DNA from: Chthonomonas calidirosea
Lineage (GTDB): Bacteria; Armatimonadota; Fimbriimonadia; Fimbriimonadales; Fimbriimonadaceae
NCBI GenBank assembly: GCA_945859975.1
Contig: CAMAPH010000008.1
Coordinates: 1-64,000, forward strand
Length of the DNA stretch: 64,000 bases
Direction of reading: 5' to 3'
Below the pieces are notes generated by a model. The model had not been told where the DNA came from. It saw only the letters and a list, made by a program, of their open reading frames with translations, and did no database searches. The position numbers and the translations under genes were made by a program. How positions within the stretch are numbered: the first letter of the stretch is position 1; every line of letters begins with the position of its first letter. This document shows positions 43,946-53,752 of this stretch, in pieces.

Positions 43946-44527
43946 CTAACCAGCGAAGAGTTCAGGTTGGGAGTTATCGTCCTGATTCCGAAGGATTGCG
44001 ATGTACGGCAGATTGCGATATCGCTCGCCGTAATCGAGTCCGTATCCTACCACGAACTCATTCGGAATTTCGAAACCTACGTAGTCGACCTGTGCGTCGA
44101 CGCGGTGTGCATCTGGTTTAGAGAGCAGCGCGGCAATTCGCAGAGTCTTCGGCTTTCGTGTGAGGAGGAGTTCCCTCAAGTGGTTCACCGTTGTTCCGGT
44201 GTCCACAATGTCCTCCACTAGTATAACGTTAAGACCGGCAATATTGATGTCCAAATCTTTCCGAATCTGAACCAAGCCAGTCGTTTCACGTGCACCGTGG
44301 TAGCTGCTGGCTTGAAGAAAGTCCAGTTGGCTATCCAAACGGAGGTGTCGTGCCAGGTCGGAAAGGAAGTGGATGGACCCCTTAAGAATGCCAACCAAGA
44401 GCACCGATTCGCCTTCAAAATCAGCTTCGATCTGCCGCGCCATCTCGGCAACCTTCGCCGTGATCGCCGCGTTGTCGATCAAGACTTCGGTGTTTTGCTC
44501 AATCGCAAATACAGGTTCATTTCCCAT
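43946..44527 (-). CDS. hpt: hypoxanthine phosphoribosyltransferase
   Basis: VEDIVDTG, FVVGYGLD, YRNLPY. Confidence 0.96.
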   Translation of the reverse strand: MGNEPVFAIEQNTEVLIDNAAITAKVAEMARQIEADFEGESVLLVGILKGSIHFLSDLARHLRLDSQLDFLQASSYHGARETTGLVQIRKDLDINIAGLNVILVEDIVDTGTTVNHLRELLLTRKPKTLRIAALLSKPDAHRVDAQVDYVGFEIPNEFVVGYGLDYGERYRNLPYIAILRNQDDNSQPELFAG

Positions 44528-44534
44528 TTTTTGA

Positions 44535-46058
44535 CTACTCAAGTTCAATCGTCGCCGGTGGCTTGCTGGTGAGATCGTAGAACACGCGGTTCACCCCATC
44601 GACCTCGTTTACGATCCGCGTTGCAATGTGCTCAAGAGTTGCAAACGGAATGTTGACCGCCCGGGCCGTCATCGCGTCCTCACTCTCCACGGCTCGAAGC
44701 ACAATCGGCTGCTCGTATGTTCGCTCGTCTCCCATCACGCCGACGCTTCGAACGTCGAGCAGCGCGGCGTACGACTGCCAAATTCCAACGTGCTGATTCC
44801 GCGCCCGAAGCTCGCTACGGAAAATCCAGTCTGCGTCTTGGGTCATTCGTACGCGTTCTCGGGTGACTTCTCCCAAAACTCGAACGGCGAGCCCAGGTCC
44901 TGGGAACGGTTCTCGATCCACCATGTCATCAGGCAGGCCCAGCTTTCGCCCGACTTCCCGAACTTCGTCTTTGAACAACCACCGCAGTGGCTCAATCAGC
45001 TTGAGCTGCATCCAGTCCGGCAAACCGCCAACGTTATGGTGAGTCTTGATCTTCGCCGCCGTAGGTGAGCCGCTTTCGATAACGTCAGGATAAAGCGTTC
45101 CTTGTGCCAAGAAGTCACAGCCCGCAAGCTCGGATGCGTGGTCTTCAAAGACCCGAACAAACTGCTCTCCGACGATCTTGCGCTTCCGCTCTGGTTCGGT
45201 CACTCCAGCCAGTGCGCCAAAGAATCGATCCGATTCTTCGAAGACCTTAAAGTTGCCGCCAAAGTGATTCTGGAAAGTCTCCGCAACTTGCGCGCCTTCG
45301 CCCTTTCGCAAAAGACCATGGTCAACGAAGACGCAAACTGCCCGCTCGCCAATGGCTCGAATCAGCAACGCAGCCATTACGCTGGAGTCGACGCCGCCCG
45401 AGACTGCACAAAGCACCTTCCCGGTTGGTCCAACTTGCTCTTGGATCGCCGCAACCTGCTGCTCGATAAACGATTCGCTGGTCCAATCTGGCTTCAAATC
45501 CGCGACATCAAATAGGAATCGTCGCAGCAGCTCTTTGCCAGATGGCGTGTGGCTGACCTCGGGGTGGAACTGAATCCCGTACTTGCGCGTCAACGGATTC
45601 TGCATCGACGCGACCGGGCACGTGGTCGTGCTAGACGTGATCGAAAACCCAGCAGGCACGGCAACAACCTGATCGCCGTGGCTCATCCAAACCGTCGTGC
45701 TGGCCAAATCTCCGACGAAGCCCTCCGCATTCTCAAGCACCCGGAGGCCGTACTCCTTGAGCGAAGCCGATTCAACTTCCCCGCCAAGCCGGTACGCCAT
45801 CAGCTGGTGCCCGTAGCAAATGCCCAAGACCGGAATGTCTTCGAGCAAGCCAAAGTCGATGGTCGGCGCATCGGCCCCAAGGACTGAGCGAGGTCCACCG
45901 CTCAGGACAACGGCATCCGGCTTAAGCGCACGAATCCTATCCCCGGCGGCGGTCCACGGGATCATCTCGGAGTAAACGCCAAACTCACGGATTCTTCGAA
46001 CGATGAGCTGCGTGTACTGGCCGCCAAAATCGATGACGTAAACGGTCTGATGGGCCAT
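44535..46058 (-). CDS. guaA: GMP synthase (glutamine-hydrolysing)
   Basis: DFGGQYTQLI, GICYG, QFHPE, SGGVDS, KTHHNVGG, KPPATIE. Confidence 0.98.
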   Translation of the reverse strand: MAHQTVYVIDFGGQYTQLIVRRIREFGVYSEMIPWTAAGDRIRALKPDAVVLSGGPRSVLGADAPTIDFGLLEDIPVLGICYGHQLMAYRLGGEVESASLKEYGLRVLENAEGFVGDLASTTVWMSHGDQVVAVPAGFSITSSTTTCPVASMQNPLTRKYGIQFHPEVSHTPSGKELLRRFLFDVADLKPDWTSESFIEQQVAAIQEQVGPTGKVLCAVSGGVDSSVMAALLIRAIGERAVCVFVDHGLLRKGEGAQVAETFQNHFGGNFKVFEESDRFFGALAGVTEPERKRKIVGEQFVRVFEDHASELAGCDFLAQGTLYPDVIESGSPTAAKIKTHHNVGGLPDWMQLKLIEPLRWLFKDEVREVGRKLGLPDDMVDREPFPGPGLAVRVLGEVTRERVRMTQDADWIFRSELRARNQHVGIWQSYAALLDVRSVGVMGDERTYEQPIVLRAVESEDAMTARAVNIPFATLEHIATRIVNEVDGVNRVFYDLTSKPPATIELE

Positions 46059-46080
46059 TAATCCTTACGATTGTGGCGAA

Positions 46081-47115
46081 TCATCCGCCCGTGGTGCCGC
46101 GCTTGTCTCGAAACCGCTGGGTTTTTGGATTTTTTGCGTCCCACTCCGGGGCAACCGTCGCGTCTGCAACCGTAAGGACCGTCCATCCAACGAACTTCAC
46201 GATCTTCTCCATGTTCGCGTAGTCGAGCTTTTCCCAGTGATCGCCAACCTTGTGATAGTCCGCAAATGAGAACGCCGTGCAAATGGTGTGAGCTGGAACT
46301 CCGGCCATTGCGAGAGCCGCGTTGTCACTCGCGACAAAGTACGCGTCGCTGAACTGCGGGTGCTTCTGAACTTCAACGCCCGACACCTTACCGACGGACT
46401 TCATCCAATCTCCCAGCGTCGAAAAGTCAGCGCCAGTGACCGACACCGCATTCACTCGAGGCCCCTCGCTGTCATCCGTTCGCCCAATCTGCTCAAGGTT
46501 GATATCGGCAACGGTCTTTGCCAGCGGGAATACCGGGGTCTTCGCATATTCGCGGCTACCCAAAAGCCCTCGCTCTTCGCCCCAAAATGCCATGAAAACG
46601 ATGGTCCGCTTTGGCTTGAGCTTGGCAGTGCCGAAAGCGCTCGCAAGCTCAATCAAGCCGGAGGTTCCGCTGGCATTATCGTTCGCACCGTTAAAAATCA
46701 GATCCCCTTCTCCCGTCTTCTTGACCCCAAGGTGATCGTAGTGCGCGGTAACCAAAACGTATGTGTCTTTCAGCTTCGGGTCGGTGCCGGGCAAAATGCC
46801 GATGACGTTCTTAACCTTCTTGTCCTCGAACGTGAACTCTTGGAAGTACGAGCCCGTTGGCAATTCGCTGAGTCCCGCTCGGCGGTAGGCCGCAGCAATG
46901 TATTCGGCTGCCGCATCCAGACCAACCGATGGCGTTCCTCGGCCGGCCAGGGCATCGCTAGCCAAAAACGCTACGTGCCCTTTCAGGCTCTGTGAAGTGA
47001 CCGTATCGATTGCGCGCTTGTAATCTTTGTTATCAACCGGTACGGTTTGCGCGATGCCGAGGCTGGTCGCAAGACCGAGAACAAGGGCGGGGAGAAAAGT
47101 ACGCCGAAACACCAT
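46081..47115 (-). CDS. M28 family metallopeptidase
   Basis: AHYDH, GANDNASG, GEERGLLGS, SDN, DYH. Confidence 0.92.
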   Translation of the reverse strand: MVFRRTFLPALVLGLATSLGIAQTVPVDNKDYKRAIDTVTSQSLKGHVAFLASDALAGRGTPSVGLDAAAEYIAAAYRRAGLSELPTGSYFQEFTFEDKKVKNVIGILPGTDPKLKDTYVLVTAHYDHLGVKKTGEGDLIFNGANDNASGTSGLIELASAFGTAKLKPKRTIVFMAFWGEERGLLGSREYAKTPVFPLAKTVADINLEQIGRTDDSEGPRVNAVSVTGADFSTLGDWMKSVGKVSGVEVQKHPQFSDAYFVASDNAALAMAGVPAHTICTAFSFADYHKVGDHWEKLDYANMEKIVKFVGWTVLTVADATVAPEWDAKNPKTQRFRDKRGTTGG

Positions 47116-47124
47116 TCAGGCATT

Positions 47125-47889
47125 CTATTCCGGTTTCTGCTGCTTGATCGTAAGGATAGTCACCAAACGCCGTTCATAAGGCTCTTTTCCAGTCGGAAAG
47201 ACCTTGTCCACCGAAACCGCCCGAATTTTTGCCAGAGTGACCGATCGCGTCTTCCGGTCGAAAGTCGCCGTTCCGTCTCCGGTAATCGTGGACTCCACCC
47301 TTCGGGCACCCGGAGCTTCGGCTTCGAGCGCGTTTCCGGTCTGGTCCTCAAATCCATCCACCGTCTGGGCGATTTTCACGGCCATCTCCACGCGCTCTTC
47401 CAGAATCTTGGTGGGCGTCACCGTGTATTTTGCTTGGCTCCCGTTGAACGCCTTCTCGAACGTAAACGGGATGTTCAGCTTGACCTCCGCGGCCGGAAAC
47501 TCCAGCGGCAAATACGTAATGTCCGGAAACTTCTGCGAGTCCAGGCCCGGCAAGCGCACCGGAAGCTTGGTTTTCGGCGCATCCGTCGACTCCACCTTTC
47601 CGCTTCGCGTGGCAACCACGGTGGTCGGCGGGAAGAAACCTTGAATGTTCTTCTCTGTGAACGGCAACTCGGCGCCATCCAGGCTCATGCGAAACTTTTC
47701 GATTGTGCTGAGCGCTTGGAGCTTCTTTTCTGGAGCCTCCTGACCATCGACCCGAACCAGAAACTCCACCTTCGCCTTCGATTCCCGCCCCCCAAGAATG
47801 GGAACGTAGCCATCGAACTCGACCGACACATCAAACCGCTGCATAGACCCGGCAACGATGCCGTACGCCAAGATCATAAGCGGCCTCAT
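47125..47889 (-). CDS. hypothetical exported protein
   Basis: 254 aa, beta-rich, start overlaps the AI-2E gene stop. Confidence 0.7.
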   Translation of the reverse strand: MRPLMILAYGIVAGSMQRFDVSVEFDGYVPILGGRESKAKVEFLVRVDGQEAPEKKLQALSTIEKFRMSLDGAELPFTEKNIQGFFPPTTVVATRSGKVESTDAPKTKLPVRLPGLDSQKFPDITYLPLEFPAAEVKLNIPFTFEKAFNGSQAKYTVTPTKILEERVEMAVKIAQTVDGFEDQTGNALEAEAPGARRVESTITGDGTATFDRKTRSVTLAKIRAVSVDKVFPTGKEPYERRLVTILTIKQQKPE

Positions 47890-49097
47890 CCCACGCTCCG
47901 ACGGTGCCGCAGCGGCACAACGGGCATGCCAAGGCCCTCACCTGGCGCGGTCGCCACGTTCAGAATCCGATCCAAAATCACCTTCACTGCCCCCGAAATC
48001 GGAAAGGCCAAAACCATTCCCGGCAATCCGAACAACGCCTGCCCCGCCATCACGACGAAGATCGACAAAACCGGACTCAAACCAACCGACTCGCCCACCA
48101 CATTCGGCACGACGAACGTGTCAAACGAGGCCCCGATCAGCATGTAAATGATCGCCACCAAGATGCCGTACAGCCATGGATTCCCAACGCTGAACATCGC
48201 ATTCCCCGCAACGCCCGTAAAGCCCATCAAGACGAAAATGCAAAACGCCGTGATGAAATTCCCGATGATCGGAATCAGATAAAACGCCCCGAAAACGATC
48301 CCGAGCAGGATCGAATAGGGCAAGCCCAAGAAGGTCAAAACAATCGTCTGAACGATCGTGAAGTACACGATGAGCAAGCTCATGCCCCGGAGGTAGCCGA
48401 AGAAAACGTCCGAAACGTCACGCGCAATCGAAAGCGTTTGGTTGCGAATCGAAGGTGGAATCCACTTCGGCGACTTCTGCCGGAGGTTGTCCATCTCAAA
48501 CAAAATCATCATCACGATGACCGGAATGAGGAACACCACAAAGAACTGCGACAGCAATCCAGTGAGCAAGCCAAAGAACGAATCGAACGCGCCCTGAACA
48601 AAATCCGCGATCTTTTGCCGGTTAGAGTTGAAATACCGGTCGATCAGACCGCGTCGAGTGGAAGGCAACCCAGCTTGCTCGAGGGTCGTGCCATACCGCT
48701 GCAGAATCTTGTCCAGCTGGCCGGAGGGCGTATCTTCTCTCTCCGTAATCGTGACCGGCTGCCAGCGGACGAAGTAGTTGTCCCGCTCGCCATCCTCAAT
48801 GATCGTGCGCGTGAGGTCTTGCGCCTTGATCGAAACGCCCGCAATTTGCCGAACCACCGTCGGCGCAGCCAAAGCGACCACGACTCCGACGATGATGAAG
48901 AACGTGGCAATGGTGCCGATGACGGCAACGCGTTTTGGCACCCCTCGAGCCGAGAGCTTTCGAATCAGCGGCTCAAGCAGCGCCGCAATCGCGACCGAGA
49001 GAACGAACGGGAATAAAACGCCCCGGACGAGCCACAAAAACACAAGTGCGGCGATAACCACCGCACTCCATATCGCAACTCGCCAGCCGGGCTTCAC
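47886..49097 (-). CDS. AI-2E family transporter
   Basis: PFVLSVAIAALLEP, GYLRG, IPIIG, VGESVGLSP, GMVLAFP. Confidence 0.92.
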   Translation of the reverse strand: MKPGWRVAIWSAVVIAALVFLWLVRGVLFPFVLSVAIAALLEPLIRKLSARGVPKRVAVIGTIATFFIIVGVVVALAAPTVVRQIAGVSIKAQDLTRTIIEDGERDNYFVRWQPVTITEREDTPSGQLDKILQRYGTTLEQAGLPSTRRGLIDRYFNSNRQKIADFVQGAFDSFFGLLTGLLSQFFVVFLIPVIVMMILFEMDNLRQKSPKWIPPSIRNQTLSIARDVSDVFFGYLRGMSLLIVYFTIVQTIVLTFLGLPYSILLGIVFGAFYLIPIIGNFITAFCIFVLMGFTGVAGNAMFSVGNPWLYGILVAIIYMLIGASFDTFVVPNVVGESVGLSPVLSIFVVMAGQALFGLPGMVLAFPISGAVKVILDRILNVATAPGEGLGMPVVPLRHRRSVG

Positions 49098-49103
49098 GAC
49101 AGA

Positions 49104-49334
49104 TTAAACGCCGAGCTCTTCGGGAGCGGCCTGTTCAATCTTCTTTCGGTTCTCGGCAACCCACTCTTCGGTCTTTGCCTTGATTTCCTTCAGCTTTTCG
49201 TTCAGCTCGCTTCGGAGTTCATCGCCTGCCTTAGGAGCAAAAAGAATGCCCGCAGCCGCGCCGATGATGGCTCCCAGGCCAACGCCTGCGAGTAGGTAAA
49301 GCATATTGTTCTGGTTGTTTTGCTCTTGACTCAT
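49104..49334 (-). CDS. YtxH domain protein
   Basis: GAIIGAAAGILFAPKAGDELR; GGAGG SD. Confidence 0.88.
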   Translation of the reverse strand: MSQEQNNQNNMLYLLAGVGLGAIIGAAAGILFAPKAGDELRSELNEKLKEIKAKTEEWVAENRKKIEQAAPEELGV

Positions 49335-49422
49335 TTGAAATTTCCTCCTCCGGGGAACCCGGAGTGATTCATTACACCCTAAAACTCCGCAATAACCAAG
49401 CACAGCGACCTAACGCTGGGCC

Positions 49423-50553
49423 TTATTCGGTTGCCACGAGTTCCGGGGCCGTTCGGGTTAGACGCACGCCGCCAACGATCGTTCCGCCAGCCGCAACCGA
49501 CTTCCCACGATACGCCACCGCGATCTGACCCGGCGTTACCGCACGAACCGGCTCCCTAAACACAAGCTTCGGCTTCTCACCGCCCACCAACATTGCCGGT
49601 TGCGGAGCCATGTTGTAACGAATCTTGGCTTCCACCGAAACCGGCTTACCCGAATCCGCCACCGAGCCCCAATACATGTCCTCGAGCTCAACCTCGGACC
49701 GCAGAAGCTCGCCCTCTTCCCCAACCACCACGCGGCCCGTCTTCGGCTGCAAGTCCAAAACGTACAACGGCCGACCGGATCTGCTCGCAATCCGCACTCC
49801 GCGTCGCTGGCCAATCGTAAAGCCCGCTGTGCCTTCGTGCTCGCCCAGCGTCTCGCCCTCGGTGGTCACAACTTCCCCGGCTTTGAAAATCTCCGGCCGC
49901 TGCTTTCGTAGGAACTCCGCGTACCCACCCGCTTCGCTGACGAAGCAAATCTCCTGACTGTCCGGCTTATCCGCAAGGTGCAAGCCCAAATCATGCGCTA
50001 GGCTCCGAACGTAAGCCTTGCTCGGCATTTCTCCCATCGGGAACCACGTATTGCGAAGCTGATCCTGGTCCAGCATGTAAAGCACGTAGCTCTGATCCTT
50101 ATCCTGAGCCCGAGATCGGAGCAACCGGAATCGTCCCGTGTTGGCGTTCTGGCGAATCCGAGCGTAGTGCCCGGTCACAAGCTTGTCGCAGCCAAGCTCC
50201 TTCATCTTCTGCATCAGCACTTCAAACTTCACGTGCTTGTTGCACTGCACACACGGGTTCGGAGTTCGACCCGCGGCGTACTCGTCAATGAAGTTCTCAA
50301 TCACGTTCTGCCGGAACTCTTCCCGGAAGTTCATGACGTAGTGCGGAAAGTCCAGTACTCGCGCAACGCGCCGAGCATCTTCAACCGCCCCCAATGAACA
50401 ACAACCCGCATGGCGCGGATCAGTCTGGCTCTCCTGCCAAATCTGCATCGTCAGGCCAATAACGTCGTAACCGCGACGCTTCAAAAGCGCCGCGGCTACC
50501 GAGCTATCCACTCCGCCAGACATGGCCACAAGGACCGTTGGTTTCTTCGCTAT
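49423..50553 (-). CDS. mnmA: tRNA 2-thiouridine(34) synthase; apparent AUA start
   Basis: AMSGGVDSS, GRTPNPC, TGHYA, KDQSY, DSQEICF, TIGQRRG, AVTPGQ. Confidence 0.96.
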   Translation of the reverse strand: MAKKPTVLVAMSGGVDSSVAAALLKRRGYDVIGLTMQIWQESQTDPRHAGCCSLGAVEDARRVARVLDFPHYVMNFREEFRQNVIENFIDEYAAGRTPNPCVQCNKHVKFEVLMQKMKELGCDKLVTGHYARIRQNANTGRFRLLRSRAQDKDQSYVLYMLDQDQLRNTWFPMGEMPSKAYVRSLAHDLGLHLADKPDSQEICFVSEAGGYAEFLRKQRPEIFKAGEVVTTEGETLGEHEGTAGFTIGQRRGVRIASRSGRPLYVLDLQPKTGRVVVGEEGELLRSEVELEDMYWGSVADSGKPVSVEAKIRYNMAPQPAMLVGGEKPKLVFREPVRAVTPGQIAVAYRGKSVAAGGTIVGGVRLTRTAPELVATE

Positions 50554-50562
50554 CGTTTGCTC

Positions 50563-51699
50563 CTACTTCTTCCCGTTCAAGATCGCCTTGTACTCCGGCT
50601 GGGCCAGAAGTTCAAAGATCTTGTTGGCGCGAGCCGTCTTGGTGCTCATTCCTGGCGCGGTGACAATAAAGGTCGGCGTAGAATCCACTCCGAGCTTTGC
50701 CGCCGCATCCGCATCATCCGCAATTCTCTGGAACACCGGGTTCTTCGTGTCCGAGAGCGCCTTCTTCATTTCATCAGGATCAAGTCCGACCAATCGCGCC
50801 GCTCCAAAGAACGGTGCAGGCTCTTCCGGAATACTTCCGTTGAGTCCCTTCATCGTCGTCTCGATGAACTCGTAAAACTTGCCCTTTGTACCGGCATACT
50901 CCGCCGCTGCCGCGGCAAGTGGAGCCATCTTGTGCGAAGGGATCAAGAAGTGACGGTAAACCCACCGAACCTTGCCGGGGTACTTGTCCACAAACTCCGC
51001 AATCTTCGGCGAAGTCAACTGACACGACGGGCAGCAGATATCTGCAAACTCGACAATCGTGATCGGTGCATCCGCCTGGCCGTAAATGTACACGTCTTTC
51101 GGCACCAACTCAACCTGCCGAAGCGATGCATCTGGGACCGTCGAAACGTCGCCCAGAACCTTCTCCGCCATCTTGGTTTGCACCGTTAGACCGACCACAC
51201 TCGCAATCGCGAGCCCAGCCAACAACGGAAGATTCTGCTTTGAAGCGAACTCGCCATCGGCGCCAGCAGGGCTAGAAACCTTCTGCCACATCAAAATGTG
51301 AACCACCAGCGAAATGACCATCGCCACCGCCTGGGTGAAGCAATAAGGGCAAAACGCCTTGATCACCGTGAAGCTCACAAACTGGAGATAAACGCTAGCA
51401 ATCGCGCCAAATCCCGTCAACACGAGGCCGAATTGAACAAGACCCTTCTGTTGTCGAAGGTCTCCCGAGGCGCGACTGATGGCCAACGCCAAAATTGCCG
51501 CCCAACCAAGCGCCCCAACGAACGCAACCGGAAAAACGAGCCAATAAGCGCTAGTGTGATTCGAAACTTGCGAACAGCCGCCGCTCGCCCCACAGGGTAA
51601 TTCGAGTTTTAGCAGCTTCTCAAGGCTGAGCAAAGCCGCAATGTAAAAACCGACAAATCCAAGGACAATGGAAATTCGGTTCAGGTTGATCGCCGTCAC
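50563..51699 (-). CDS. VKOR-family membrane domain fused to a DsbA-like thioredoxin domain
   Basis: LPCGASGGC, FCPYC, then EFADICCPSC and STPTF; GTG start at 51699. Confidence 0.9.
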   Translation of the reverse strand: MTAINLNRISIVLGFVGFYIAALLSLEKLLKLELPCGASGGCSQVSNHTSAYWLVFPVAFVGALGWAAILALAISRASGDLRQQKGLVQFGLVLTGFGAIASVYLQFVSFTVIKAFCPYCFTQAVAMVISLVVHILMWQKVSSPAGADGEFASKQNLPLLAGLAIASVVGLTVQTKMAEKVLGDVSTVPDASLRQVELVPKDVYIYGQADAPITIVEFADICCPSCQLTSPKIAEFVDKYPGKVRWVYRHFLIPSHKMAPLAAAAAEYAGTKGKFYEFIETTMKGLNGSIPEEPAPFFGAARLVGLDPDEMKKALSDTKNPVFQRIADDADAAAKLGVDSTPTFIVTAPGMSTKTARANKIFELLAQPEYKAILNGKK

Positions 51700-51759
51700 T
51701 GGATAATTATACGTTCGTGCAAGATAACGCCTCCGCGATGGTTCAACCTTAGAGGTATC

Positions 51760-53157
51760 GTGAACGTTCCAATGACAACGCTTTCCCCCCGCGATCTCCT
51801 CGCGCCAAAGGGACGGCCCGAACCGAGACCCGGCACCTATTTCATCCAAACCTGGGGGTGCCAAATGAACGAGGAAGACAGCGAGCAGATGGCGCTGTAT
51901 CTCGAAGACCTCGGATTCAGCCCGGTCGACAGCGTGTGGGAAGCTCAAATTGTTCTGCTGAACACCTGCAGCGTTCGCAAAAAGCCCGAAGATAAAGCGT
52001 TCAGCCTCATGGGAGAACTCCGCTCGCTCAAGCGCTACAACCCAGATATGGTGCTCGGCGTCTGCGGCTGCATGGCCCAAACCCGCGCTAACGAAATCCG
52101 CCACCGAAACCCCCACGTCGATTTCGTCCTCGGCACCGGAGACCTCGCCCTCCTCCCCGGCCTCGTCACCGAATCCCTCCAAACCCGCCGATTCCGAAAG
52201 CGAACCGAACTTCCCGAAAGAAAGGGCAAAGTCGTCACCGATATTCCCCGTCGCCACGTCGGCCGAACCGCGAAGTTAAAAGCCTTCGTCCCCATCCAGT
52301 ACGGCTGTGATAAGTTCTGCACCTATTGCATCGTTCCCAGCACCCGCGGTCGCGAGCGGAGCCGACCCACCGTCGAAATCCTCGAAGAAATCCAGAAACT
52401 CGCCGACCTCGGCACGAAAGAAATCACCCTCCTCGGCCAGACCGTCAACAGCTACGGCAAAAACTTGCTAGAAGGAAATGTCCAGTTCGCTCAGCTCCTC
52501 TGGAAAATCTCCGAAATCCCCGGCATCGAGCGAATCCGCTACACCTCCCCCTACCCCCGCGACTTTAGCCAGGAGCTCGTGGAAACCATCCGCGATTGCC
52601 CCGCCGTCATGGAGAACGTCCACCTGCCCATCCAAAGCGGAGACGACGAAGTTCTGCGCGAAATGCGGCGGGTCTACACCGTCGAGAGCTTCAAAGAAAT
52701 CGCCACCCGAATCCGAGAAACCGTCCCCGGCGTCACCTTCTCCACCGACATCATTGTCGGATTCCCCGGCGAAACCGAGGCACAGTTCGAAAGCACCTGC
52801 CAAGCCGTCCGCGACATCCGCTTCGATGCCGCCTTCACCTTCGCCTACTCCACCCGCCCCGGCACTCCCGCCGGTGACCGCAAAGACCAGATTCCGCGAG
52901 AAGAAAAACTCCGTCGCCTCGCCCACCTCATCGAAGTCCAAAACGACATCACCCGCGACATCAACATGGCGTATGTGGGCCAGGAGCTCGAAGTCCTGTT
53001 CGATTCCGCCTCGCCCAAGTGGCCCGGCACCATTCAGGGCTATTCCCGCGAGTTCAAACTCGTCCAAGTTCAAGGCTCCGAAGACCGAATCGGCCGGATC
53101 GCCAAAGTAAAAGTCACCGAATCTCACCTTTGGGGTTTCAGCGGCACGCTCGTCTAA
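51760..53157 (+). CDS. miaB: tRNA-2-methylthio-N6-dimethylallyladenosine synthase
   Basis: TWGCQMN, NTCSVR, GCMAQ, CDKFCTYC, DIIVGFPGET, TRAM domain. Confidence 0.95.
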   Translation: MNVPMTTLSPRDLLAPKGRPEPRPGTYFIQTWGCQMNEEDSEQMALYLEDLGFSPVDSVWEAQIVLLNTCSVRKKPEDKAFSLMGELRSLKRYNPDMVLGVCGCMAQTRANEIRHRNPHVDFVLGTGDLALLPGLVTESLQTRRFRKRTELPERKGKVVTDIPRRHVGRTAKLKAFVPIQYGCDKFCTYCIVPSTRGRERSRPTVEILEEIQKLADLGTKEITLLGQTVNSYGKNLLEGNVQFAQLLWKISEIPGIERIRYTSPYPRDFSQELVETIRDCPAVMENVHLPIQSGDDEVLREMRRVYTVESFKEIATRIRETVPGVTFSTDIIVGFPGETEAQFESTCQAVRDIRFDAAFTFAYSTRPGTPAGDRKDQIPREEKLRRLAHLIEVQNDITRDINMAYVGQELEVLFDSASPKWPGTIQGYSREFKLVQVQGSEDRIGRIAKVKVTESHLWGFSGTLV

Positions 53158-53183
53158 ATAGACCCGGTACAGTTGGAGGCAGA

Positions 53184-53699
53184 ATGTCGCTGTTAAACGC
53201 AAAGATCGGCCTGCACGCCCCAGAAATCTTCAACGTCGTTGTAGAAATCCCTCGTGGTAGCACCAACAAGTACGAAGTCGATCCCGAAACCGGCCTCATG
53301 CACCTAGACCGGGTGCTGTATTCCCCGCTGTTCTATCCGTTCGATTACGGCTACATTCCGCAAACGCATTACCTTGACGGCGACCCCCTCGACGCCCTCG
53401 TACTCCTCTCGCACCCCACCTTCCCCGGCTGCGTCATCGAAGTCGCCGCCATCGGCGTGCTCTACATGACCGACGACAAAGGCCCCGACGAGAAAATCCT
53501 CACCGTCGCCGTAAAAGACCCTCGCTACGGCTACCGCCGCTCCCTAACCCAACTCAACGACCACACGCTGAAAGAACTGCAGCACTTCTTCGAGGTCTAC
53601 AAGCAGCTCGAAGAAAAGGCCGTCGAAATCCACGGCTGGCGCGAACGAGAAGACGCCCTCGGTCTCATCGAGAAGTACCGGACCGACCGAAGCGCCTAA
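53184..53699 (+). CDS. ppa: inorganic pyrophosphatase
   Basis: NKYE, LDRVL, YGYIP, DGDPLD, FFEVYK; GGAGG SD. Confidence 0.97.
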   Translation: MSLLNAKIGLHAPEIFNVVVEIPRGSTNKYEVDPETGLMHLDRVLYSPLFYPFDYGYIPQTHYLDGDPLDALVLLSHPTFPGCVIEVAAIGVLYMTDDKGPDEKILTVAVKDPRYGYRRSLTQLNDHTLKELQHFFEVYKQLEEKAVEIHGWREREDALGLIEKYRTDRSA

Positions 53700-53752
53700 C
53701 CGCGCTGAGAAAGGTTAGAGCGCCCACGTTGAACTGAGATGGCCCATCTCCT

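Noticed and set aside
51700..52257. N-terminal extension of the VKOR ORF
   Set aside because: Overlaps miaB antisense; TATAAT-6-GTG supports a start at 51699
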